Shown here: positions 38,225 through 47,570 of the stretch, in pieces
How the letters are laid out: each line of letters starts with the position of its first letter
How positions within the stretch are numbered: position 1 is the first letter of the stretch
Assembly (NCBI GenBank): GCA_048886685.1
Contig: JBHLKM010000004.1
Coordinates: forward strand, 114,486 to 178,485
DNA length: 64,000 nt
Direction of reading: 5' to 3'
Source: Candidatus Hodarchaeota archaeon
GTDB lineage: Archaea > Asgardarchaeota > Lokiarchaeia > Sigyniarchaeales > SOKP01
Notes under the pieces: generated by a model
Seen by the model: only the letters and a program-made list of their open reading frames with translations
What the model was told of the DNA's origin: nothing
The model's database searches: none
Made by a program: the position numbers and the translations under genes

Positions 38225-38971
38225 ATGTCAGATAATAATCAAGAAAATCAAAACTCAGATAAGAAAGAAGATCCTGAAATAACAGAATCGGAAGCAAGTG
38301 GAATTAGTGATGAAGAGAAAGAAGTTAAAACTAAATTTACATTCAAATGTACCCGCTGCGATGCATGCTGCTTAGCTAGAGGTCCCGTTCCAATCACTTT
38401 TTGGGATTTAGAAATGTGGGCAAGAAATGGAGTAGTTGCAAACTTTATGCCCTATTTGGATATCTACCAAAAACCAGATGGTGGGATTGATTTAATATTA
38501 AAACCATTACCTCCACCTAAAGAAGGAGATGCAGAAAGTCCTCCTCAAGATCCATTTGAGACAGCACCAATTGAGGAACTGCTTGATGTTAAATGTCCTT
38601 TATATAATAAAGATGACAAAAAATGTCTTATTTATGATAATCGTCCATTAAGTTGCAGAACGTACCCTTTAGAATTTGATGGAAAAAATTTTATAGTGGT
38701 TGATGCTGATTGTCCTGGTATAGGTGAAGAAGGTATGACAAAAGAAGATCTTGCTGAGATGAGAGAAACAGCAAAAACAATGCATTATGAATTAACTCGT
38801 ATGAGGATTGCTTTACCCGTTCTAAATCAAATTGTATCAAGTAATTTCATGAAGATGCTAATGAAACAACAAATGGAAGCAATGAGTAAAATGTCAGATG
38901 ACGATAAAGCCAAATTAGACGAAATTTTTAAGAAACAAGAACAGAGCCACGATCATGATCATGAATCTTAA
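38225..38971 (+). CDS. YkgJ-family CxxCxxCC cysteine-cluster protein
   Basis: FKCTRCDACC, CPLY...CLIYDNRPLSCRTYP, CPGIG; His-rich tail. Confidence 0.9.
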   Translation: MSDNNQENQNSDKKEDPEITESEASGISDEEKEVKTKFTFKCTRCDACCLARGPVPITFWDLEMWARNGVVANFMPYLDIYQKPDGGIDLILKPLPPPKEGDAESPPQDPFETAPIEELLDVKCPLYNKDDKKCLIYDNRPLSCRTYPLEFDGKNFIVVDADCPGIGEEGMTKEDLAEMRETAKTMHYELTRMRIALPVLNQIVSSNFMKMLMKQQMEAMSKMSDDDKAKLDEIFKKQEQSHDHDHES

Positions 38972-39054
38972 ATTTTTTATTTCTTTCTATAAATTTTTTT
39001 AAAAATCTTATCTACTTATATCATATTTGAAAATAATAGCAAAAGTGTAATTGT

Positions 39055-39573
39055 ATGAAAGAAATAATTATAAAAAATTCTAAAATTAAACTTGTTCAAG
39101 GGGATATAACGGAGTTGGAAACAGATGCCATTGTTAATGCGGCAAACGCTCAACTAATATTAGGAGGAGGGGTTGCAGGAGCAATTAAGAAGAAAGGTGG
39201 ATCCTCAATTCAAGAGGAATGCAATAAAATTGGTGGTACGTTTGTGGGTGGTGCTGTTATTACAACAGGGGGAAATTTAAAAGCAAGACATGTAATTCAT
39301 GCAGTAGGGCCTAGAATGGGAGAAGGGAATGAGGATGAGAAATTAAAAAATGCTACTATTAATAGTCTAAAATTAATGGATGAGCATAAATTAAAAACAA
39401 TAGCATTTCCTGCTATATCTACTGGCATATTTGGTTATCCAATCGATAGATGTTCAAAAATCATGATTTCTACAGCGAAAGAATATTTAAGTGGTAATAC
39501 TCAAATTGATGAGGTTATTTTTTGCCTTTATACCGCTTCAGATTATGATATCTTTTTCAAAGAGTTAAAATGA
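39055..39573 (+). CDS. Macro-domain protein (ADP-ribose hydrolase / O-acetyl-ADP-ribose deacetylase)
   Basis: GDIT, AIVNAAN..L..GGGVAGAI, HAVGP, AFPAISTGIFGYP. Confidence 0.93.
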   Translation: MKEIIIKNSKIKLVQGDITELETDAIVNAANAQLILGGGVAGAIKKKGGSSIQEECNKIGGTFVGGAVITTGGNLKARHVIHAVGPRMGEGNEDEKLKNATINSLKLMDEHKLKTIAFPAISTGIFGYPIDRCSKIMISTAKEYLSGNTQIDEVIFCLYTASDYDIFFKELK

Positions 39574-39683
39574 TTAATTTTTGACGTTACTTTTTTTATT
39601 AACGTTTAATTTATAATTAGAAGAAGAATAATTATTATTTAGAGAAAGTCGCATTATTACTATAGTTTAAGGTTTCTCTTTAA

Positions 39684-42596
39684 ATGAGTAATTATAGATA
39701 TATCAAGTTCTTTGAAGATTTAAGAGTTGGAGATGTGCCTCTCGTAGGAGGCAAAAATGCATCACTTGGGGAATTATTAAGTTTTGGGATAGCAGTTCCA
39801 CTTGGTTTTGCTGTAACTTCTACAGCTTTTGACTATGTTCTGGATACTAACTACTATACAATTAAAGAAAAGGAAGTCTCACTTCGAGAATTGATTGCAA
39901 GAGACATAAAAAGAATATCTAATGAATTAAAATCAGAAGATATTAAAGCTGTAGAAAAAGTTGATAAAATTTGTGCAAATATTCGATATGTCATTGAGCA
40001 ATCCAAAATTCCAGATTCACTCGCTGATGAGATCCTAGATGCTTATAACAAATTAATTGAAAAGATTGGAGAAGAATCCACGTTTGCCGTGAGAAGTTCT
40101 GCTACAGCAGAAGATCTTCCTGATGCTTCTTTTGCGGGACAACAAGACACACATTTAAATATCTCTGGTGAGAAGGAAATATTGGAATATATTCTAAAGG
40201 ATATGGCTTCTGTATTTACCACAAGAGCCACAATGTATCGTGAACGGGCAGGCTTTGATCACTTTTCAGTTAAACTTTCTGTAGGAGTTCAAGAAATGGC
40301 TGGTGGTTTGGGTGGAGTAAAATCTTCTGGTGTAATGTTCACAGAAGATCCTGATTCTGGTAATCCGAACGTTGTTGTTATTAGATGTACTTGGGGTTTA
40401 GGCGAATTAATTGTACAAGGTGTTGAAAAAGGGGATGAATTTATCGTCTTTAAGCATGATCCAAAAGCTCTCAGAATTATTCGACGAGAACTTGTTAAGA
40501 AAGAGAAAATGATGATTTTTTCTGAAGGTAGGGAAAAAATTGGAACTGAAGTCGTCTCTGTGCCAGAAGAAAAGCAAACATTATACTGCTTAACAGAAGA
40601 AGAAGTCTTAACTCTTGCAGAATATGCCCAAAAAATCAGAAAACATTACGGCAGACCGATGGATATTGAATGGGCTGTTGGCAACAACGGAAATGTTTAT
40701 ATTGTCCAAGCGCGTCCTGAAACTGTCCATAGCATAAAAGGTGATGTCGAGGAAATTTTTTATCTACTTGAAAGTCCAGAGGAATTGACAGAGAAAGGTT
40801 TATTAATCGAAAATTCAGGTATTGCTATTGGTAGAAGAATTGGATATGGGAAAATAAAGGTAATAGAGTCTATAAATGATGCTCATTTGTTAAGAGAAGG
40901 AGATATCCTTATCACTGAAGAAACTAATCCTGATTGGACATCATATATGCAGAATTTAGGGGGTGTAATCACTGAAAGGGGGGGACCAACTTGTCATGCA
41001 GCAATAGTTTCAAGAGAATTAAATATTGCCTCTATAGTAGGAGCAGATGAGATAGTCCAAACAATGAAGGAAAAACAAAGGGAAGGTATTGAGTACGTTA
41101 CAATTGATTGCAGTGAAGGTGAACCCAAAATATGGTTGAAAGATGTTGAATACGATTCTGATACAATCGAATTTGCTAAACTTCCGCATACAAAAACTAA
41201 GGTATTAGTGAATTTAGGAATCCCTAAAGGAGCATTATCTGCCGGGAAGTACCCCGATGGAACTGGATTAGCAAGATTAGAGTTTATCATCAACGATGAG
41301 GCTCAAATTCACCCGAATGCGTTAATAGATTTTGAAGCCTTAATAATGAGATATGAGATATTATTAGATCAACGAAAAAAAATAGAAAATATCAAAAAAA
41401 GTGATTTATATCATAAAGATCCTTTTAATAAAGAAATTTTTCAATTAAAGGAAACTCTTGATAATATAAGGACTCAAACCGTTGGTTATGAGGATAAAGA
41501 AGAATTTTACGTAGATAAATTAGCTGAAGGTATTGCTACAATTGCTGCTGGTGTATGGAAAACATTGGACGATGGGAGTATAGCTGAATGTGTTGTTAGA
41601 CTTTCAGATTTTAAAACAAATGAATATGCTAATCTTATTGGTGGTTGGATTTATGAAGGAGAAGAGAATAATCCTCTACTAGGTTTTCGAGGAGCATCAC
41701 GTTATGTACATAATGAGTTTCAAAATGCTTTTATTTTAGAATTAAGAGCAATTAAAAAAGCTAGAGATTGGGGTTTAACAAATATAATTCCAATGGTTCC
41801 ATTCTGTCGATCCCATCTTGAAGGGAAACAAATTTTAGAAATAATGGAAAGCGAAGGATTAATAAGAGGTCAAGATGACCTAAAAGTCTACGTTATGGCT
41901 GAAATTCCTTCAAATATCATATGTGCAGACTTATTTTGCCAATATTTTGATGGATTTTCTATAGGATCAAATGACCTCACAATGCTCACTTATGGAGTTG
42001 ATAGAGATGAAGCAAAGTTAATTCCGATAGCGAAAGAATTTAAATATAGCACAAATAGTGAAGCTATTCGAAGATCTCTAAGCTTTCTAATAAAAACAGC
42101 TCATGAACATGATAGAAAAGTTGGTATTTGTGGACAAGCTCCAAGTGATGACCCTGACTTTTTAAGATTTTTAGTACGAGAAGGAATTGATTCAATTTCC
42201 TTAAATTTCGATACATTTGCCCGAGGACGAATTAATACCTGGAGAACTGAGATAATCGAAGCTAAATTGGATGATATCAATAAATCTAAATCTTATGATT
42301 TTTTAAATGATTGTGATAAACTTATAGAAAATATCAGGATCCCAAGAGGCAAACTTCGAAATATGGTTAGAAAACAAGGTAGAAATGTAAATCCTAGACT
42401 AATTGAATCTACAGAACAATTTAACCAAATTTTTGATACTATCCAGAAGTTATCATATGATTTTGTAGAAGGTATTGACAAGGGAAAAATTAATAAATTC
42501 GACGATTATTTTGAAAATTTAAATAACCAGATCAAAGAATTTAAAAACAAAATTCCTTTAATGAAACGCGAAATTCGTGAATTTGGTATTTACTGA
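39684..42596 (+). CDS. ppsA: Phosphoenolpyruvate synthase (pyruvate, water dikinase)
   Basis: VGGKNASLGE, AVRSSATAED, SFAGQQDT, TCHAAIVSRE (phospho-His), RLSDFKTNEY, FSIGSNDLT, GICGQAPS. Confidence 0.95.
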   Translation: MSNYRYIKFFEDLRVGDVPLVGGKNASLGELLSFGIAVPLGFAVTSTAFDYVLDTNYYTIKEKEVSLRELIARDIKRISNELKSEDIKAVEKVDKICANIRYVIEQSKIPDSLADEILDAYNKLIEKIGEESTFAVRSSATAEDLPDASFAGQQDTHLNISGEKEILEYILKDMASVFTTRATMYRERAGFDHFSVKLSVGVQEMAGGLGGVKSSGVMFTEDPDSGNPNVVVIRCTWGLGELIVQGVEKGDEFIVFKHDPKALRIIRRELVKKEKMMIFSEGREKIGTEVVSVPEEKQTLYCLTEEEVLTLAEYAQKIRKHYGRPMDIEWAVGNNGNVYIVQARPETVHSIKGDVEEIFYLLESPEELTEKGLLIENSGIAIGRRIGYGKIKVIESINDAHLLREGDILITEETNPDWTSYMQNLGGVITERGGPTCHAAIVSRELNIASIVGADEIVQTMKEKQREGIEYVTIDCSEGEPKIWLKDVEYDSDTIEFAKLPHTKTKVLVNLGIPKGALSAGKYPDGTGLARLEFIINDEAQIHPNALIDFEALIMRYEILLDQRKKIENIKKSDLYHKDPFNKEIFQLKETLDNIRTQTVGYEDKEEFYVDKLAEGIATIAAGVWKTLDDGSIAECVVRLSDFKTNEYANLIGGWIYEGEENNPLLGFRGASRYVHNEFQNAFILELRAIKKARDWGLTNIIPMVPFCRSHLEGKQILEIMESEGLIRGQDDLKVYVMAEIPSNIICADLFCQYFDGFSIGSNDLTMLTYGVDRDEAKLIPIAKEFKYSTNSEAIRRSLSFLIKTAHEHDRKVGICGQAPSDDPDFLRFLVREGIDSISLNFDTFARGRINTWRTEIIEAKLDDINKSKSYDFLNDCDKLIENIRIPRGKLRNMVRKQGRNVNPRLIESTEQFNQIFDTIQKLSYDFVEGIDKGKINKFDDYFENLNNQIKEFKNKIPLMKREIREFGIY

Positions 42597-42691
42597 AAAT
42601 TGCTTAAAATCAAAAAAATTAAATTTCAAAAAATATTTCACAATTTAAATTTCTCACTAACTAAAAACACTATTTTTGGAGATTTCTGATC

Positions 42692-42967
42692 ATGACTAAA
42701 GGATTTAGTGATGAAGTTAAAACTGCTTTTGAAACTGTTGAGGAGCTTTTAAATGGAATGTTAGGAGATCGAAGTGTGCCCCGAAACATAAAACGGGTGG
42801 CTCAAAGGAGTATTGATGAATTACATAAGGAAGATGAGACCCCGGGTGTGATTTCCAGTAATGTAATGTATATGGTTGATGATCTTGCTCAGGACGCTAA
42901 TATTCCATTTCATGCGCGCACTACAGTTTACCGAATTATTTCAATATTAGAGAACATTAAAGATTAA
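42692..42967 (+). CDS. UPF0147-family protein
   Basis: DRSVPRNIKR...DANIPFHART. Confidence 0.85.
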   Translation: MTKGFSDEVKTAFETVEELLNGMLGDRSVPRNIKRVAQRSIDELHKEDETPGVISSNVMYMVDDLAQDANIPFHARTTVYRIISILENIKD

Positions 42968-43098
42968 AAAAGTGTATAAACGATTCTCTTTCTACTTATT
43001 TTTTAACCAATTATTTATTAAACCGAAAGGTCATATAATAAGTTAAGATTATATCTTTTTCCAATAAATTATACGAATTAATTTGGTGGATTATACTT

Positions 43099-43812
43099 TT
43101 GGCTATAGAAGATATAAATGGATGGGTTGATGGTATTACCGCAACCGGAGTAGTTCTTCTTGGTATCATATTCGGTTTATTCTTCATCTACAAATCACGA
43201 AAAACTGGTGCAAAACTACTTTTATATTTAGGCTTAGCAAATGTACTTGCAGGATTAATGTTTTTAGGAGTATTCATGGATTTCTTATTTGTTATATTAT
43301 TAAAAGAGAATATAAAAAACAATGGAACAGTTGCCATATTATCATATATCTGGTTTGCGCCTGTTATTATTACTGCAATGTATATTGGAACAGAACTTTT
43401 AATACCAAAAATAAAACTACATATCTTTATAATAGTTTTAATTATCTCCATATTCTTTGAGATAATAATCTTCATGGATCCTCTAAATTCTTTTAATTTT
43501 AATCCAGAACCACCAATACCACAAACTGAAAATTTAATTGATTATAATGTAAATTTATTTACCCTAGCAGGTATGGTGATGGGAGGTTTACTATTGGTTG
43601 TTATAATCTTTCTTGGGTTAGGATTTCTCTTAAAAGGTTTGAAATCTTCAGGAGTAATAAGAAAAAATTTCTTGTTCTTATCAGGAGGTTCTTTATGCTT
43701 CTGCATATTCGGATTACTAGAAGGATTGACAGTTCCTGGATTTCTTGTGATTGTAGTGAGGATAGGTTATCTTAGCTCATTTTGGCTGATGTATCTTGGA
43801 TTAAAAGATTAA
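43099..43812 (+). CDS. Stand-alone seven-TM membrane protein (sensor-like)
   Basis: Seven hydrophobic segments by eye, no cytoplasmic domain; GGTGG upstream of the TTG start. Confidence 0.75.
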   Translation: MAIEDINGWVDGITATGVVLLGIIFGLFFIYKSRKTGAKLLLYLGLANVLAGLMFLGVFMDFLFVILLKENIKNNGTVAILSYIWFAPVIITAMYIGTELLIPKIKLHIFIIVLIISIFFEIIIFMDPLNSFNFNPEPPIPQTENLIDYNVNLFTLAGMVMGGLLLVVIIFLGLGFLLKGLKSSGVIRKNFLFLSGGSLCFCIFGLLEGLTVPGFLVIVVRIGYLSSFWLMYLGLKD

Positions 43813-43926
43813 CGCAATTTTTTTTTCTTATCGATCATTATTTATAGTATTAAATTTTATTACTAGTTATATTAACATTATATCCAAATAATTACAATTC
43901 GGTATTATCAACGTTTTTTATCTATC

Positions 43927-44967
43927 ATGGAAAGGCAAATAATCAAAGCTCTTATATATAGTAATTTAGATGATGAAATCGGCCCTAATCCTAAAGCATA
44001 TTCTCCCCAAGATTTTTCTCAACTAAATCTATTGCATATTAGTGTTAAAACTTTTGCAATTCTTACAGGTGAGAGAGGAATGATACCTGAGTCTTTAGTT
44101 ATTTTACCATTTCCATCTCTGCAATTAAAAGCTTTGATTAAATATATTCAATGGAAAGATCCTGATATACGAGGAGGTATTGGTCAATCTAATATAGCTT
44201 TATTATTTCAAGAGATGGATGATGTAATTTTCTATAAGTACTTGAAAGAATTTTCAAATACTTTTGACGATATTGCTCAAAATATTGCTTTCTTAGAAAG
44301 ATCCAAGGCAAGTAAAGAGGAATTTGGTGATGAATTAAAAAATCTTGAAGCTTCAATAACAGAGCTTATAGAAAAATTAAAAAATCAAGAACTAACAGAA
44401 TATAGGATTGAGGCATTAGCAGAGGAAATAGATAGAAGTTTGATTGATTATCAATTCAAGATAATAGTTGTAGGAGATCCAACTGTTGGAAAAACAAGCT
44501 TAATCTTAAGGTATACTAATAATGCGTTCAGAAGATCATATGTATCAACCCTAGGTGTTCATGTTTCAAATAAGATATTTAAAACTGAAGACTCCACTAT
44601 TATCCAGCTTGTTTTATGGGATGTAGGGGGTCAAGAAAGGTTTAAACTTATGAGAAAACAGTTTTATCAAGGATCTGATGCTATTCTTTTGGTTTTTGAT
44701 TTAACTAACCCTGAAACTTTTAGCAATATCCCCGTCTGGTTTTTAGATATAAAGAAACAGATTAATAAGCTGGATGAAGATTTTACAGGTTATATCATTG
44801 GAAACAAAAAAGATTTAAAGGAGGATATAAAAATAACTGCTGATAATGCTCAAAAGCTAGCCGATCAAATGAATTTAAAATATCTTGAAACTTCTGCTTT
44901 ATCTGGGGAAAATGTAGATTATGCCTTCACAACACTCGCAAAATTCCTTTACGAGTCGCGAAAGTGA
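43927..44967 (+). CDS. uDENN/longin-like domain fused to a Rab-like small GTPase
   Basis: ALIYSNLDDEIGPNP, DPDIRGG; FKIIVVGDPTVGKTS, STLG, WDVGGQERF, GNKKD, ETSAL. Confidence 0.9.
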   Translation: MERQIIKALIYSNLDDEIGPNPKAYSPQDFSQLNLLHISVKTFAILTGERGMIPESLVILPFPSLQLKALIKYIQWKDPDIRGGIGQSNIALLFQEMDDVIFYKYLKEFSNTFDDIAQNIAFLERSKASKEEFGDELKNLEASITELIEKLKNQELTEYRIEALAEEIDRSLIDYQFKIIVVGDPTVGKTSLILRYTNNAFRRSYVSTLGVHVSNKIFKTEDSTIIQLVLWDVGGQERFKLMRKQFYQGSDAILLVFDLTNPETFSNIPVWFLDIKKQINKLDEDFTGYIIGNKKDLKEDIKITADNAQKLADQMNLKYLETSALSGENVDYAFTTLAKFLYESRK

Positions 44968-45127
44968 TAAAGAATGAATTTTTCGTGAAAGGTTAGTTTC
45001 ACGACCAATCAAATTGATTTAGACTTATAATGATAAATATGATTCAATCTTTTATTATTTATATCCTATAAGATGAACTCATTTAATCATGAAAAAACTA
45101 TTTTATATATAACTGCACTCAATAATT

Positions 45128-46159
45128 ATGTCTGAAGAGATTATCAAGGCAATCATATATATTTCGCTTGACGAGTCCATAGGACCCAATCCTCTTTTAT
45201 GGATTCCACTTGATTTATCAGAAAGGATTAGAATGGGAGTAAGTATTAAGACTATTACTATGCTTACTACAGATCAAGGAATCGTTCCTAATTCATTAGT
45301 CATTATGCCGTTCCCTGCATTCAAATTAAAGGGAATTATCAAATATATTGAGAGAGAAGATAATTCTCGACGAGGGGGGATTGCTTTGTCATCAATTGCT
45401 CTATTGTTTAATGAGGCAGATGATCTTATTTTTTATAAGTACATGGATTATCTTGAGCCTGCGTTTTCTAAATATGCAGAAAATATCATTGAATTAGAAA
45501 ATGCAAATGTAAATATTGATGATATATTTGTTGAGATAAATAAACTTCGAAGTGAATTATCAGGTATTCTTAAAGATTTGTATAATAAAGAGAAAGCGAC
45601 TTTAGAGTTAGAAGCTTTTCCTGAGCAGAAAGAAATAGGGGAAGAGATATTAGAATTTGTTTTTAAAGTGGTGGTATGTGGTGATCAGGGTGTTGGTAAA
45701 ACAAGTACAATATTGCGGTTTACTGATAATGCTTTTATGCGTACGTACGTCCCAACACTAGGTGTAAACATTACAGAAAAGGTAATAAAAGTAAAGGATA
45801 AACCTGTTAATTTAATTCTTTGGGATATTGCAGGTCAAGCTAAATTTGAATTAATGAGGCGACACTTTTATCAAGGCGTTAATATAGTTATTTTAATATT
45901 TGATCTTACAAACCCTAAATCATTGGAGAATGTATCTAAATGGTACAATGATATAAGAAAATATCAAAGGGAATTTATTGGTTTCATTTTGGGAAATAAA
46001 GAAGATTTAGTTGATGAGAGAAAAATCCTTTTTGAGGAAGCTTTAAAGATAGCTGAAACTCTAAACCTTAAATATTTTGAGACATCTGCAAAAACTGGTA
46101 AGAATATTGAAGAGAGTTTTTATAAGATAGCAGAAACTTTAGTTAAATCAAATGAATAA
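45128..46159 (+). CDS. uDENN/longin-like domain fused to a Rab-like small GTPase (tandem paralogue)
   Basis: AIIYISLDESIGPNP, DNSRRGG; FKVVVCGDQGVGKTS, PTLG, WDIAGQ, GNKED, ETSAKTG. Confidence 0.9.
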   Translation: MSEEIIKAIIYISLDESIGPNPLLWIPLDLSERIRMGVSIKTITMLTTDQGIVPNSLVIMPFPAFKLKGIIKYIEREDNSRRGGIALSSIALLFNEADDLIFYKYMDYLEPAFSKYAENIIELENANVNIDDIFVEINKLRSELSGILKDLYNKEKATLELEAFPEQKEIGEEILEFVFKVVVCGDQGVGKTSTILRFTDNAFMRTYVPTLGVNITEKVIKVKDKPVNLILWDIAGQAKFELMRRHFYQGVNIVILIFDLTNPKSLENVSKWYNDIRKYQREFIGFILGNKEDLVDERKILFEEALKIAETLNLKYFETSAKTGKNIEESFYKIAETLVKSNE

Positions 46160-46178
46160 TTAAAAATCAGATGAAAAA

Positions 46179-46754
46179 ATGAATATAGAGGATATTATTT
46201 ATAGGAGGAGAACAATCAGAAGATTTAAACAAGAGCCGATTTCTTTAGATACATTAAAAAAATTAATAGATTTTGCTCGGGTTGCTCCTATGGCAAGGAA
46301 TGTTCAAGCACTTGAATTTATTATCGTTGAGAATGCTGAAGTAAGGGAAAAATTATTCCCATTAGTAAGTTGGGCAGGATCTTTACCTGCAGATCAAAGA
46401 ACACCTGAAAATGGAAGAGAACCCACTGGTTATATTATAGTTTTAGTAAATACTAAAATCAAAAAGGTATATGTAGATTTTGATGTAGGTGCTGCCGTTG
46501 AAAATATATTACTTGGAGCAGCAAGTTTTGGGATCGGAACTTGCTGGATGGGTGCAATCAACTTTAAAAAAATAAGAGAATTATTTGAAATCCCTGAACA
46601 TTATGATATAAAACAGGTAATTAGTTTAGGATATCCTGATGAAGAATCGGTTATGGAAACGTACAAAGATTCATTTACATATTGGAAAGATTCTAATGGA
46701 AAGATGCATGTTCCCAAAAGGGAATTAGATGATATAATTCTTAAAACATACTAA
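46179..46754 (+). CDS. Nitroreductase-family protein
   Basis: RRTIRRF, AP..N.Q, DVGAAVENILL...GIGTCW, LGYP, PKR. Confidence 0.92.
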   Translation: MNIEDIIYRRRTIRRFKQEPISLDTLKKLIDFARVAPMARNVQALEFIIVENAEVREKLFPLVSWAGSLPADQRTPENGREPTGYIIVLVNTKIKKVYVDFDVGAAVENILLGAASFGIGTCWMGAINFKKIRELFEIPEHYDIKQVISLGYPDEESVMETYKDSFTYWKDSNGKMHVPKRELDDIILKTY

Positions 46755-46797
46755 TTAGTAATTTCTTTAAAAAATTTAAAAAGGAATAATAAAAAAA

Positions 46798-47391
46798 TTA
46801 TTTAACTTCGATTTTCTTCTTTTCTTTTTTCTCTTCTTCTTTTTTAGGTAATTTCAGAGTTAATATTCCCTTTTCAAGCTTAGCGTCAATATTCTCCTCA
46901 TCTATATTTTCAGGGATCATAAAACTTCTATGATAACTTGCACTGTGATATTCTCTCCTGACATAACCATCTTTCTTCTCTTCATGTTCATTCTTTTGTT
47001 CTCCTTTAATCTCTAAAACACCATCATGAACTGAAATTTCTATGTCACCCTTATCTATACCGGGTAATTCAGCAGTAATACTATAATTATCACCATTATC
47101 CGTTATATTTGTGAGAGGTGTTCGGAAAAACTTCTCTTCGTCAAAAATTTTAAGATTAAATGGCTCAAAATCCCAGAATCTAGAAGGTCTCCATAAATTG
47201 TTGAAATATCTATCTAAATCATCAAATAAATGGTCAAATCTTTTAAATATCGAAAGTGGTTTGTAGCGTCTTAACTGAATTGCACCTTTTTTAACATCCT
47301 CTTTAGGATGTTCTTCTTCTTTAATATCTATGCTTTCTTTTTCTTTTATATCTGACACAATTTTTACCTCCATTATTTTGTTTATTGTCAA
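46798..47391 (-). CDS. Small heat-shock protein (Hsp20/alpha-crystallin)
   Basis: AELPGIDKGDIEI, RRE....YHRSF.IP, AKLEKGILTLKLPK, KKIEVK. True start probably a little downstream. Confidence 0.93.
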   Translation of the reverse strand: MTINKIMEVKIVSDIKEKESIDIKEEEHPKEDVKKGAIQLRRYKPLSIFKRFDHLFDDLDRYFNNLWRPSRFWDFEPFNLKIFDEEKFFRTPLTNITDNGDNYSITAELPGIDKGDIEISVHDGVLEIKGEQKNEHEEKKDGYVRREYHSASYHRSFMIPENIDEENIDAKLEKGILTLKLPKKEEEKKEKKKIEVK

Positions 47392-47570
47392 TCATGCATT
47401 GGCAATCCATATTTAACATATATTGATTTACATATTTAAATGTTTTGTTTAAATCCAATATTATTAAAAATAGATAGTCTGATATGAATAATCCTTTTGA
47501 TTGAAATATAATTGCTATTACAATTAACCGCTTTGTACTATTGAACCAATATTAGTAGAGTAAATAGTTT

